DNA of 63,681 bases, the filler included, from Lama guanicoe (taxonomy: Eukaryota): NCBI GenBank assembly GCA_013239625.1. It is 138 parts of 138 records of this genome, joined end to end, with 100 filler letters (N's around TTAATTAATTAA, not from the genome) between each part and the next. Parts side by side here need not be neighbours in the genome. Positions count along the whole stretch, not along the records: positions 1 to 361 come from PNXV01058113.1; positions 462 to 822 come from PNXV01058114.1; positions 923 to 1,283 come from PNXV01058115.1; positions 1,384 to 1,744 come from PNXV01058116.1; positions 1,845 to 2,205 come from PNXV01058117.1; positions 2,306 to 2,666 come from PNXV01058118.1; positions 2,767 to 3,127 come from PNXV01058119.1; positions 3,228 to 3,588 come from PNXV01058120.1; 130 more parts are not named here. One strand, written 5' to 3'. The translations under genes were made by a program, and so were the position numbers. The stretch's first letter is position 1; every line of letters starts with the position of its first letter. Positions 1 through 12,100 of the stretch are shown here, piece by piece. The notes below the pieces were generated by a model. The model was not told the origin of the DNA and did not search any database. It saw only the letters and a program-made list of their open reading frames with translations.

Positions 1-361
1 AGAATGTTTATGAGTGGTTGACATTCTGGTTCAGTTTAAACTGGAAGTACACATTTCTTTTTCAGGCTAGTAGTGCTGGATTTAATATGTGTCATTTAAA
101 AAGTTTCAAAGGGAAATACTGCCTTGGTATATTACACAAAAACTGGCTGGTAACACACAAACAGGGCTATATTGCACGAAAAGATAGTCTAAAATGCATC
201 ATTTCTGTAAATAGCTTTACTAGTTCATTATGAGAAGTAAGGTTGTAAGTCCCTTACACGTATCAGTAAACTTAACCATATTTGACATCATTAAAATAGA
301 AGCAAGGAAAAAAAAAAAAAGAAAGATAGGAGAAAATGCTTCAAACAATGCATTGGTAAAC

Positions 362-461
362 NNNNNNNNNNNNNNNNNNNNNNNNNNNNNNNNNNNNNNN
401 NNNNNTTAATTAATTAANNNNNNNNNNNNNNNNNNNNNNNNNNNNNNNNNNNNNNNNNNNN
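362..461. other. Synthetic linker N44-TTAATTAATTAA-N44 (first of 137 copies)
   Basis: The palindromic 12-mer at 406-417 has TAA in all three frames on both strands and is flanked by exactly 44 N each side. Every copy is identical. Confidence 0.99.
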
Positions 462-922
462 CCACTTTTCTGTTACCCCTCCCTGTGTGAGCTTGGCACA
501 GCTTCTTGAAACAGATTTATCTTTGAGCTTTTGAAATTTACATGGGTAGGTACAATGCAAGAAAAGAAAACAAACAAATGAGGCCACCACCCACAGGCCG
601 TGCACTGGGATGCGGGCAACGGCTGTGGTCAGCGACATCACTGTCTACCATCAAATTAGGAAAATAACACAGAGGTGATACAGGTGTCTGCGGCCCCACC
701 AGGTCCATCCGTCACAATGAGTCCTGCATCCTGCTTTAAGCTGAAATTCACCAGTCAGCCTCAGGGTCAAAAGATCTTCCAAATTCATCTTTTCTTGTGA
801 TATTTTCTGAAGTCAAAAATGANNNNNNNNNNNNNNNNNNNNNNNNNNNNNNNNNNNNNNNNNNNNTTAATTAATTAANNNNNNNNNNNNNNNNNNNNNN
901 NNNNNNNNNNNNNNNNNNNNNN

Positions 923-1283
923 TGAGTTGCACTACTCTCTCTTCCAGACTGATGTTCTGTTCTGCATTTTCTAATCTCCTGTCAAGTCTGTCTAGTTCCA
1001 TTTCAGATATTGTATTCTTCAGTCTGATTTTTTTAATATTTTCTATCTCTTTGTTGAAGAGTTCATCTGTTTTTCTTTGCAATTTGGTAAGCATCATTTA
1101 TGCTTTAACTTTTTATCTGGTGAATTGTTTATCTCTGAATTGCTTGGTTATTTTCCTGAGGTTTTGCCTTGCTCTTTCATTTGGAAGGTATTCTTGTGTC
1201 TCTTCACTTTGCCTAAATCTTGTTTAACAGTACATTGTTTCTATCCATTCAGTGTATTAGCTATGTCTTCCTGTCTTTAAAGA
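923..1283 (-). mobile_element. LINE-1 ORF1 fragment (coiled-coil region), degenerate
   Basis: The minus-strand peptide FNKEIENIKK..LKNTISEM..RRLENAEQNISLEERVV resembles mammalian L1 ORF1p. Confidence 0.85.
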
Positions 1284-1383
1284 NNNNNNNNNNNNNNNNN
1301 NNNNNNNNNNNNNNNNNNNNNNNNNNNTTAATTAATTAANNNNNNNNNNNNNNNNNNNNNNNNNNNNNNNNNNNNNNNNNNNN

Positions 1384-1744
1384 TGGAACAGGGCTGGCCA
1401 GAACCCTGTTCTTCCAAAACCTGTCCCGGTAACAGTCCAACCCGGCAGGAACCTCGATCTGTTTTTTCTTATCACAAAAACAAACAAACCCCTTCAACAA
1501 GCCAGTATCATAGAGTGGCGTCCTTCATCACTAAACCGCCCTTTCTGTAGTCTTGACTCCAAGGGAAGAATGCCACCTACCGAACCAACCACACTAGTCA
1601 GCCAGTCCTGCAAAGTGCAGCAACGCTCAACTCAGCCCGGGTCCGCTCCAAATCCCCTCCCTCTGATTATTCTTTGGCCTTTAAAAAATTTGCCACTATT
1701 TGGGCTGACAGGAAGTTATGCTCTCAGTGCACATATCTGATAAA
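1384..1744. mobile_element. Possible ERV LTR fragment
   Basis: LTR-like layout with a C-rich stretch before CCTTTAAAAA. The family is not recognised. Confidence 0.25.
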
Positions 1745-2766
1745 NNNNNNNNNNNNNNNNNNNNNNNNNNNNNNNNNNNNNNNNNNNNTTAATTAATTAA
1801 NNNNNNNNNNNNNNNNNNNNNNNNNNNNNNNNNNNNNNNNNNNNAAAAAAAAAAGCTTAGAATAAATATAACTGAAGTGAAAGGTACCTCACGTTTGTAA
1901 CCCTATTTTTGGCACTGGGTTGGCCTCTACATTAAACTTGTTACAGAGAGTGACCGACAAAATCAGGAGAACGATTTCTCAAGTGAGCGGGGTGCTCCGG
2001 GGCCGCGCCTGGGTCTGGCGTGGGTGGCAGCGCCCGTGTCCCCTCCCGGCAGCGAGGGGCACCCCACCGCACAGACGGCAGCAGCCACTGCAGAGAACCC
2101 CACCTTCCTGAATTAGGTTTGCTGAACACGGTTCAGATTATTGGATATGTCAATATGCACAATGCCTTTTAGAAGCATTTACTGAAACCCAAATCCTACT
2201 GCATGNNNNNNNNNNNNNNNNNNNNNNNNNNNNNNNNNNNNNNNNNNNNTTAATTAATTAANNNNNNNNNNNNNNNNNNNNNNNNNNNNNNNNNNNNNNN
2301 NNNNNGTAGCTGCCGTGATGCATGAACCATACACTGGGTTCTTTTTCCTTTTATGTACATGGAGTCCACCAAATTTCTACTTTTCCCTTTTTTGTTCTTC
2401 TCTTAGGTCACATAGGTAGTGTTGGATGGTCTGCCCATGGAATTGGGAGGCACCTAGGAAAGAATCAGGCAGTGAATAATGAAATCTTGCATTGAGAAGT
2501 GACAAGACCATGTTGTGTGTCCTGCAGGTGTAGGTCACATACACTTGTCTAGGACCTGAAGACAAAATCTTAAAGGAATGCAAATCACACTGAATTTCTT
2601 TAATGCAGGGAAAGATGACTTTATTTTAGCACAGAAATAGACTAGGTTACAGAAAAGTCCTATAAANNNNNNNNNNNNNNNNNNNNNNNNNNNNNNNNNN
2701 NNNNNNNNNNTTAATTAATTAANNNNNNNNNNNNNNNNNNNNNNNNNNNNNNNNNNNNNNNNNNNN

Positions 2767-3127
2767 ATTGAGCAGTACTTTATGGCCTAACATATGACCA
2801 GTTTTGGTAAATGCTACATATTTACTTGAAAAAGTTGATTTTCTGTAAATGTCAGGTCTATTTTTTTGTGTGTATTTGTTCTGCCTTTTTTTTCTGCTTA
2901 TGTAAGTTATTGAAAGATACATATTAAGGTCTCTGTTATTTATGCAGATGTATAAATTTCACTCTATTTCAGAAATTTAAATTTTTTTTGTAGTCTAAGG
3001 ATGTGATTTTAGGTGCATACAAGTGTAATGCTATTAATGGTCTCTTCATTATTATGAACTACTCCTTTTTATCTTTTGTAATATCTTTTTCTTACAGTTT
3101 CTCTTGTCTGATTATAGCTGTTTTAGA
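2767..3127 (-). mobile_element. Old L1M ORF2 endonuclease-region fragment
   Basis: The minus-strand peptide DIYR..TFSSKYVAFTKTGHMLGHK resembles L1 ORF2 TFFSSAHGTFTKIDHILGHK. Confidence 0.8.
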
Positions 3128-5369
3128 NNNNNNNNNNNNNNNNNNNNNNNNNNNNNNNNNNNNNNNNNNNNTTAATTAATTAANNNNNNNNNNNNNNNNN
3201 NNNNNNNNNNNNNNNNNNNNNNNNNNNGTGGCTGGAGCTCTGACTTCTGCGGAAGCAACAGCTGACGTGTGACGTGCCCATGGGCTCCGGATTCAGAGGA
3301 AGAGACCTCGTCTGGAGCCTTCTACCACCCTCCTCACTGCAGAGAGATGGGCAAACCACCGCCCGAGCTGATCTGCCCCCGCCTGCTGCCCCTTGCACCC
3401 TCTCTGGGCTTCTCTGGGCTTCCCAGAAAACTCAGGGGGTCCAGTCTGAAGCGCCTCCACCCTGGCCCCGACAGCTGGCGCTCCGCTCCTTGGAGACGCC
3501 TTGACGTCGGAGCCAGCTTGACACTGCCCTTCTCTGTCTTCTCAGCTTCCCCAAGAAGGGGCCAGGAGTTCCTGACTCTCTGGCTGCANNNNNNNNNNNN
3601 NNNNNNNNNNNNNNNNNNNNNNNNNNNNNNNNTTAATTAATTAANNNNNNNNNNNNNNNNNNNNNNNNNNNNNNNNNNNNNNNNNNNNATTTCTCACCCA
3701 GCCTGGGACACTATGGACAGTGAAAGGGGGGTAACAGGAATTAACCGTGACATGTGTTACTTTGAACTGTGCCAGGCAAACAAGGATGCATGGTTACCTA
3801 ACCCCCTTCTAAATACATTCCTTTTCTGTCACAATAGAGCAGGGCAAGGTGAAAAATAGCTGCGCCTAACAGTCAAAGTTCTGCCTAGGGTCAGAACTCT
3901 TACCATAGCAGTAGACACAGAATTTGAGGCACTTTTCTGCCCCTTAATTTTGGTTTATAAATTCTGTTTTGCAATCCTTCAGGTCAGCAAATATTTACTG
4001 AATATCTGGTTCATAACATGCGTTGCCCTAGTGTTAGTGGTAATGCAAGNNNNNNNNNNNNNNNNNNNNNNNNNNNNNNNNNNNNNNNNNNNNTTAATTA
4101 ATTAANNNNNNNNNNNNNNNNNNNNNNNNNNNNNNNNNNNNNNNNNNNNCTGATATGTATACTTCATTTCTCATGTAAAATCTCATTAAATGGCTGAGCA
4201 AACAAATCTTGAATAAAGAAATAGTAATGAGAGAAAGAAGAGTAGCATTAGAAAGCCATGCATTTGGGGGAATTCCTGAAAATCACACAGTAGGATGCAT
4301 TAATTCTACGGAGAAATAAGACTGGAGAATATCACTTCACTAATGCCCTGCAGAGGAAATCTATTGAGGAGCAAGTATCATGAATACAGAGAGTTGCCTG
4401 TTGATAAAAGATAAGAAAGGCATCCTGGAGAAGTAAGAGGGGTTGCACTTAATGCTAGGACAAAATAAATACATCTCTGAAATACTTACTTCAGCATGCA
4501 GTCTAGTAAGNNNNNNNNNNNNNNNNNNNNNNNNNNNNNNNNNNNNNNNNNNNNTTAATTAATTAANNNNNNNNNNNNNNNNNNNNNNNNNNNNNNNNNN
4601 NNNNNNNNNNAGGGAATAGAGAATTCTACCTTCTCCATTAATTGCAAGAGTACTGTCACAGTTTTCTGATAAGTAGATCTCAGTGAGCAGCAGTTATGAA
4701 TGAGCCCAGCTGTTAGAGAAAGGAAATTCAAATGCAATCAATATGTAGAAAGATAAAGCTCCTGGAGAAAACAGAGAAACTGGAACAAAGAAACACAAAA
4801 GGAAAGACAAGACGAGATCACTTACAGAGACTCAATCAGAGCATAAAATAGTTTTCTGGAAATATATAGTTATATGTTTATCATTTAAAAGATAGTTGAT
4901 AATACAAAGGAGAGAATATCCACCAAGACCTGAGTTAGTGTCCTGCAAGATAAAGCAGAAGAAATATTTCANNNNNNNNNNNNNNNNNNNNNNNNNNNNN
5001 NNNNNNNNNNNNNNNTTAATTAATTAANNNNNNNNNNNNNNNNNNNNNNNNNNNNNNNNNNNNNNNNNNNNTTGCCCTAAGCCTGTACGTTCCAGGTTGT
5101 GTGGAGGAGGTCTGTACCTCAAGACGCAAGACCATCAACCAGAACTAAACTGCTGAATCAAAGCTGCAGAAGGACACAGTGAGGGCAGGGGGCTGCATCA
5201 TCACTTATCATAGAATTTTATCACTCCCTCTACTGCCTGTGCATGACCATGCGCAGCGTTCAAAGTCACAGGACCAAGCATCTTCAGGGAAATAGTCTGT
5301 CTAGTGCACCTTCGTTCTCTCCTCCTGTCTTCCTTGTTCAATGTTACCATGTTTATAGATACCATGTTG

Positions 5370-5432
5370 TTTTTTAATCTTTCTTTATTGAAGTATAGTC
5401 AGTTACAGTGTGTCGATTTCTGGTGGACAGCA
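5370..5432 (-). mobile_element. L1 3' terminus
   Basis: A T-rich tail followed by TTTATTGAAGTATAGTCAGTTACAGTGTGTC, typical of artiodactyl L1 3' ends. Confidence 0.8.
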
Positions 5433-6454
5433 NNNNNNNNNNNNNNNNNNNNNNNNNNNNNNNNNNNNNNNNNNNNTTAATTAATTAANNNNNNNNNNNN
5501 NNNNNNNNNNNNNNNNNNNNNNNNNNNNNNNNCTTACTTCCTGCACTGCTCTGAAAAATTTGTTTGTTTGTTTGTTTATTTTACCCTCCAGATGTTCTAC
5601 TAAATCCACTTAAGTTTTATGTCACAGTATAAAACTCTCTTGTTCCCACGGTCTTCACCAAATATTTGTTTCATCACCATGACCTAACTTACTCCCGCTC
5701 CTCCAGTCGCAGAACAGAAAGTCCTGCAGCTCATTATTTTCAGAATGATAAGGTGAGATTAGCTTCACTTTTCTTTTCCAGTACTATCTCTAACCATTAC
5801 TCCTCCACATTCCTATAAAACAACAGATACCCAGAAGCTCTTGCCTTTCACCTGTACCATACTGCCTCCCCTCCCTAACGAAGATTTACAGACNNNNNNN
5901 NNNNNNNNNNNNNNNNNNNNNNNNNNNNNNNNNNNNNTTAATTAATTAANNNNNNNNNNNNNNNNNNNNNNNNNNNNNNNNNNNNNNNNNNNNAAAAAAA
6001 AATCTCACTAAAGGGAAGAGCAGACTCAATAGAACCTCACATAGTCTATAATTATTTCCTCTGCTATCTTATTCATCAAAAAAACAATGCTTCAGTATAT
6101 TTCACTGGAAATAAAAGTTTGTAATCATTTATCCAGATAGTCTTAGGTTATTTACTAACAACCACAAGAAAATGTAAATATTTATTTTCGTCATTTACAG
6201 AAAATAATTTGATAAGAGACAATTTTTAAAAAATTTGCTATCACTTCATCTCAAAGTGATGAAAGCATTTCATCATTAAGAGTATTTATGGAAAAATCTT
6301 TCTCAGGAATCAGTAGAATGGAGACCTGTATTTACCTCACCTGAATAAAAAAAANNNNNNNNNNNNNNNNNNNNNNNNNNNNNNNNNNNNNNNNNNNNTT
6401 AATTAATTAANNNNNNNNNNNNNNNNNNNNNNNNNNNNNNNNNNNNNNNNNNNN

Positions 6455-6649
6455 GATTGCCAGCAACACCAGAGGCTATGGGAAAGGCATGGAACAGATT
6501 CTTCTCTGGAGCCTTTAGCAAGAGCATGGTCCTGCAAACGCCCTGATTTTGGACTTCAAGACTCCAGAACTGTGAGAGAATTAATATCTACTATTTTAAA
6601 CCACTCAGATTGTGCTACTTTGTTATGGTGGCCGTAGGAAGCTAATACA
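6455..6649 (+). mobile_element. MaLR MLT1 LTR, 3' part
   Basis: The run GGCATGGAACAGATTCT..TGATTTTGGACTTC..CCAGAACTGTGAGAGAAT..TTTGTTATGG..CTAATACA matches the MLT1 3' end. Confidence 0.9.
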
Positions 6650-7837
6650 CCTTCCCTCAATGCTGCTAGAAGGCAGGGCAAATTCCCTGGTACCATGAAG
6701 AAGACCAGCTAAAGTCAGTCTGGAGGCTTAGGAAAATCAGAGGCAACATTTATACAGAACTGTTAAGATTTTTCTGGCAGACACTTACAGATATTGAATG
6801 AGACTGAAAAAAAAANNNNNNNNNNNNNNNNNNNNNNNNNNNNNNNNNNNNNNNNNNNNTTAATTAATTAANNNNNNNNNNNNNNNNNNNNNNNNNNNNN
6901 NNNNNNNNNNNNNNNGGTGAAGATGGGGTGAGCCTTGAGGGCATTATTTGCGGAATCTGTGTCCTGGAGACACTGAAACTGCCGACAGTGCAGAGAATCC
7001 GAAGTCGCCACTGGGGCCCCTGGGTAGGGACAGGGGACAAGGTGACGGTAAAGAAAAAGCCTAGAAACGGACGGATGTGTGGTTTTGACTGTGTCCTGAG
7101 ATTTGTAGTGCACTGAGCATCGTGCCAGGTAAGACAGTGCTACACAGAGTTTTTATTGCCACCAGTCAACCCTGCCGTTTCAGTGCAGAAAAAGAACAAG
7201 TGTGGCTTTGTGTTTCAATAAAATGTCATTGAGGGGGGACCGAGAAAGGCCTTAATAAATGAAAGTGTGCCAAAAANNNNNNNNNNNNNNNNNNNNNNNN
7301 NNNNNNNNNNNNNNNNNNNNTTAATTAATTAANNNNNNNNNNNNNNNNNNNNNNNNNNNNNNNNNNNNNNNNNNNNCAAGGGGCCCGGAGGGGGTAACTC
7401 CATGCAGGTCCCAACCGTGGTAAGTGGGAAAGGCGGGATTGAGCTCAGGTTCAGCCATGTCGAGGCGCCTTCTCTGAAGAGGAGGGTGGGGGAGCCAGCG
7501 GATGCCTCGTGGTTACTGGGCTGCAGGGACAGCTGAGAGAAGGTATCCCAGCCTGGCCTCCCCAGCCTCCTGACCCCAGTGTCCCTGGCACGTGCAGTGA
7601 AGTGACGACTCGCTGCTGTATGCAAGAGGAAATCTGAGGTTCAGAGGGGGCTTGCCTCAACCCCGAGTCTGATGATCAGGCAAGGCCTTACCTGTAATCA
7701 GAAATAAACTGAGAATTCGAAAATCGCACCTCTTGGGNNNNNNNNNNNNNNNNNNNNNNNNNNNNNNNNNNNNNNNNNNNNTTAATTAATTAANNNNNNN
7801 NNNNNNNNNNNNNNNNNNNNNNNNNNNNNNNNNNNNN

Positions 7838-8198
7838 TCGGCAAGGGCCGCCGGGGGCTGGACGAGGACGGGCCGCCGCGGGAGGCCGAGCCGGAGGCGT
7901 CCGGACCCCCCGCCTCCGAGCCGGTCCCCGCCTGCTAGAGACGCCAGTTCTCCGCGGGGATCCGACGCCGTGGGAGCGCGGGCCCGCCTGCAGATGACGC
8001 TGTGGATAGACCTGAGTTACTCTGGCCTCGGGCTTCGGTGCGAGGTGGGGAGGGGGACGGGAACTGGAACCTGTGACCCTGCAGAAACTGGGGCGCTGGG
8101 CTCCTGGGGCGGGCGAGGCGCCTGGGGGCCGGGACTCCTGAGTCTCAGGGAGGAGAGGACTGAACAACTTCCCACTCCTGAGCGAGTGGGAGTTAGGG
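7838..8198. promoter_or_regulatory. CpG-island fragment
   Basis: Very GC-rich with dense CpG, especially 7838-8045. No recognisable protein. Confidence 0.7.
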
Positions 8199-8759
8199 NN
8201 NNNNNNNNNNNNNNNNNNNNNNNNNNNNNNNNNNNNNNNNNNTTAATTAATTAANNNNNNNNNNNNNNNNNNNNNNNNNNNNNNNNNNNNNNNNNNNNTG
8301 ACTGTTGTATATTTAGAGCTTCCCCAAATAGCCTTTAACATAATAAAAGAATGAAGTAAAGTCAAACTGCTGCCAGGAAGATGTATATAACACTATTCAT
8401 TTTCTAAATTAAAACAAGTATCCCTTCTTTAATATAGGTTGTAGTTATGGGTTTTATGGGGTATGTGACATCACTTTAACTTGCTGAAATAGACTCAATT
8501 TCCCTGTATTTGAATCTCTGGTTCAGGTAGTTTATGTCAGAAGTGAGCCTGGATGTGAAGCGGGAGAGGAGGGAGAGCCCAGGTGAGGATGCATCCGAGT
8601 CAGCACTGGGGGAGGCTGAGGCTTGTACCACTGGGGCCTCTGGGCTGTGCATAGGATGCNNNNNNNNNNNNNNNNNNNNNNNNNNNNNNNNNNNNNNNNN
8701 NNNTTAATTAATTAANNNNNNNNNNNNNNNNNNNNNNNNNNNNNNNNNNNNNNNNNNNN

Positions 8760-9120
8760 AACTGAGAGAAGAGAGTGAGGGGGAAAATGTGCGGGGAGAA
8801 GGCTGTGACAGGGACTCTGTGAGGAGAGAGGTGGTGAGGGAGAAACTGCGGGGAGAGAATACCGGGAGGAGAACCTAGGGGGAGAAAACTTGGAGGGGAA
8901 AGCTGTCGGGGAGGATGAAGTGAGGGGCGGTGAGAAGAAACTGTGAGGAGAGAAGGCTGTAAGTGGGAAAGTGTGTGGGGAGATGGCAGCGAGGGGGAAA
9001 CTGGAGAAGCTGGTGAGAGGACAGTGAGGGAGACGGGAGTGAGGGAGAAACTGAGGAGAAGGTGGTGAGGTGAAACTGTCAGGGGAGACAGAGGTGAAAG
9101 GATAAACTGAGAGGAAAAGG
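8760..9120 (+). repeat. Purine-rich degenerate tandem repeat
   Basis: GAGGGAGAAACTG/GAAGGCTGTGAG-like units recur across the whole contig with strong G/A strand bias. Confidence 0.7.
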
Positions 9121-12100
9121 NNNNNNNNNNNNNNNNNNNNNNNNNNNNNNNNNNNNNNNNNNNNTTAATTAATTAANNNNNNNNNNNNNNNNNNNNNNNN
9201 NNNNNNNNNNNNNNNNNNNNCCAATTAAAGGTAACCTTTTCAAAATAGAAAATTATTACTGAAATAATATTCTCTGAATCTAATTAAAGTAAACTCAAGT
9301 TAGCTTGCCAAAAAATCACAATTTTAAGATCACAGTAACATACCAATACAGGGATACAATATAATTTAAGTTTTCTTAGTGATAAGACACCTTATTTTCA
9401 TACAAAATGTCAAATAATGGAAGTTAAGAAATTTTCAGCTTCACTCTTTGCCTTCGCACTATAATTCACTTCAAACTATACTGGTTAAGCAATTTACACT
9501 CTCCACCCCCCCAGAAAAGTTCTAATAATATGAAAGGGACTAAAGATGACTTGAGTCACTGAAGTGATGTTAACATCCTACNNNNNNNNNNNNNNNNNNN
9601 NNNNNNNNNNNNNNNNNNNNNNNNNTTAATTAATTAANNNNNNNNNNNNNNNNNNNNNNNNNNNNNNNNNNNNNNNNNNNNCCATATTTTTCAAAATATG
9701 TTCCATGAAGCAACAGCTTCATAGATGCTAATAGGTATAATGACAGAAACATAAAGCAAAGCAAAACAGAATAAACAGAAAAATGACTCTGATGTAATTA
9801 AATGTCAAGCTTCTCAGGACCTTTGCTGTACAAATGTGTTTTCTGACTCACCAAGAGGGAAATGTAATTTGCTGTATTTGAGAATGGAGCTGTTTTTATT
9901 GACAACAAGTCTATTAACACAGCAAAACTATCCTTTAGGAGAAGGTAAGTAGGAGACAGCAGAGGTCTCTCATTCTGTTTCTGCTGCTGTCTAGTTATGT
10001 GACTTTGGGCCAACATCCATCTTTCCCTGAACTTTAGACTTTNNNNNNNNNNNNNNNNNNNNNNNNNNNNNNNNNNNNNNNNNNNNTTAATTAATTAANN
10101 NNNNNNNNNNNNNNNNNNNNNNNNNNNNNNNNNNNNNNNNNNGACTCCAGGGACTCGTTTCAAACTCTTTGAGCCAATCTTTTGAATCTTCTCTAACTTA
10201 ACTTGAGGAAGATTGAAAAAGACACACCACGACAGCTTCACTCCTATTCTCTCTGTCTCCTCAGTGAATCATCAGTTTTCTCATGTATCGTCACTATGGA
10301 TAATAGGCTAAGAAAGTGAAAAAAAGGGCTTCGTGTATGTTTTGCAAGCATCTCCAAACATGTCTGTTTGTGGTCTGACTTCATGTGTTCTCATGTATTG
10401 AAATCTCTCTCCAAAGTCCAAGACAAAAGGGACTGTTACAATTAATATGCTTTTACATACCTACACTGATATCAATACTTATGTATAGACTTTAAAAATT
10501 CCTNNNNNNNNNNNNNNNNNNNNNNNNNNNNNNNNNNNNNNNNNNNNTTAATTAATTAANNNNNNNNNNNNNNNNNNNNNNNNNNNNNNNNNNNNNNNNN
10601 NNNCCTCCTTTATATCCAGACACTGACACAGCCTGGGGACATCCTGGTTGGTTGGAGACAGACAACGAAAGAGATCTGGATATAAAAATCATTGATGGTT
10701 ATTTAAATTTTCCAAACTTGATTATTAGAGAGTTTGAGGCAGGCTTATCTCATGGGAAGGAGCTTGTGTCTAGAGTCTTAACTTCCCATATTTTCTAGAT
10801 GTGTGAGCTTACGTTCTCCAGAATAGGGAAGAACACAGTTCTGATGGGAGTCTTGTGAGGTTTAAAAGCTGGGATGATGAGGACATTACCTGGAGTTAAT
10901 ATTTATTATCTGCTGGACAGTGCACTCAGATCTTCCCCAACTTCTGCATTTAACCCTACGATATNNNNNNNNNNNNNNNNNNNNNNNNNNNNNNNNNNNN
11001 NNNNNNNNTTAATTAATTAANNNNNNNNNNNNNNNNNNNNNNNNNNNNNNNNNNNNNNNNNNNNAAATAAATGGAAGAAAGAAAGAGAAGGGAAGAAAGG
11101 AAAGAAAAGTCCGGAAAACAGTCAGTCCCTGGTGCTTTTCCCGGGCCTTGGAGGCACAGACATGACATCACCAGCAGCCAATCAGAGCTCTCCAGCTTTG
11201 TCCAGGTTCCGAAGCCATGGCATCATCGCCGATGTGGCCCAGAAATGAAAATAGAACTCTGTCTAAATATACAACAATGAGAGTCAAGCACTGCTTTAAA
11301 GGATGTGAGAACCAAGAAAAACTCCTTAAATCAGAATCCTCCTTTCATGAAGGGTCCGTAAATCTAGATTTTGGCTCCTGGAGCCACTAACCTTGGTATT
11401 GCATTTAATCTTTAGAAACCGGCAGNNNNNNNNNNNNNNNNNNNNNNNNNNNNNNNNNNNNNNNNNNNNTTAATTAATTAANNNNNNNNNNNNNNNNNNN
11501 NNNNNNNNNNNNNNNNNNNNNNNNNCCGCTCTCTCGCTCTGGATCCTGGCTCCATGCAAGGTCTTGGTCTCTGCGGATCTCTACTAGGGTGTTTTCTGCC
11601 TGCCAAACTGAGCTCTCAAGGGTTAATTTTTGTCTTTGATGTTTTTGTCCAGAATTTCTGACGTACTGCACAGCAAGAAGGACTTAAAAAAAAATCTAGT
11701 CCTCCATGGAGTGGGCCATGGAAGTTCCCATCATGCTTAGACCTGCTCAGATGTCCTCTCTTCAGTGGGAAGATGCCCACAGTCCACCCCCGAGTATGCG
11801 GTGCAGCACGTGCTTGGAAACAGGGTGTAGACTGAGCGCCTGGCTTCAACAGAGCACGCTCAGGAAAGGCTTTGGCGTGAGTGAGANNNNNNNNNNNNNN
11901 NNNNNNNNNNNNNNNNNNNNNNNNNNNNNNTTAATTAATTAANNNNNNNNNNNNNNNNNNNNNNNNNNNNNNNNNNNNNNNNNNNNAGAAATTGTAGTCA
12001 CACAATGGCTCAAACTTCAGTGATCCCAAAATCTAATTTTCATAATCTCATCAGCAATATCACTTTACATTTCCAGTGACCAGTTTAATAGTAAGGAAAG

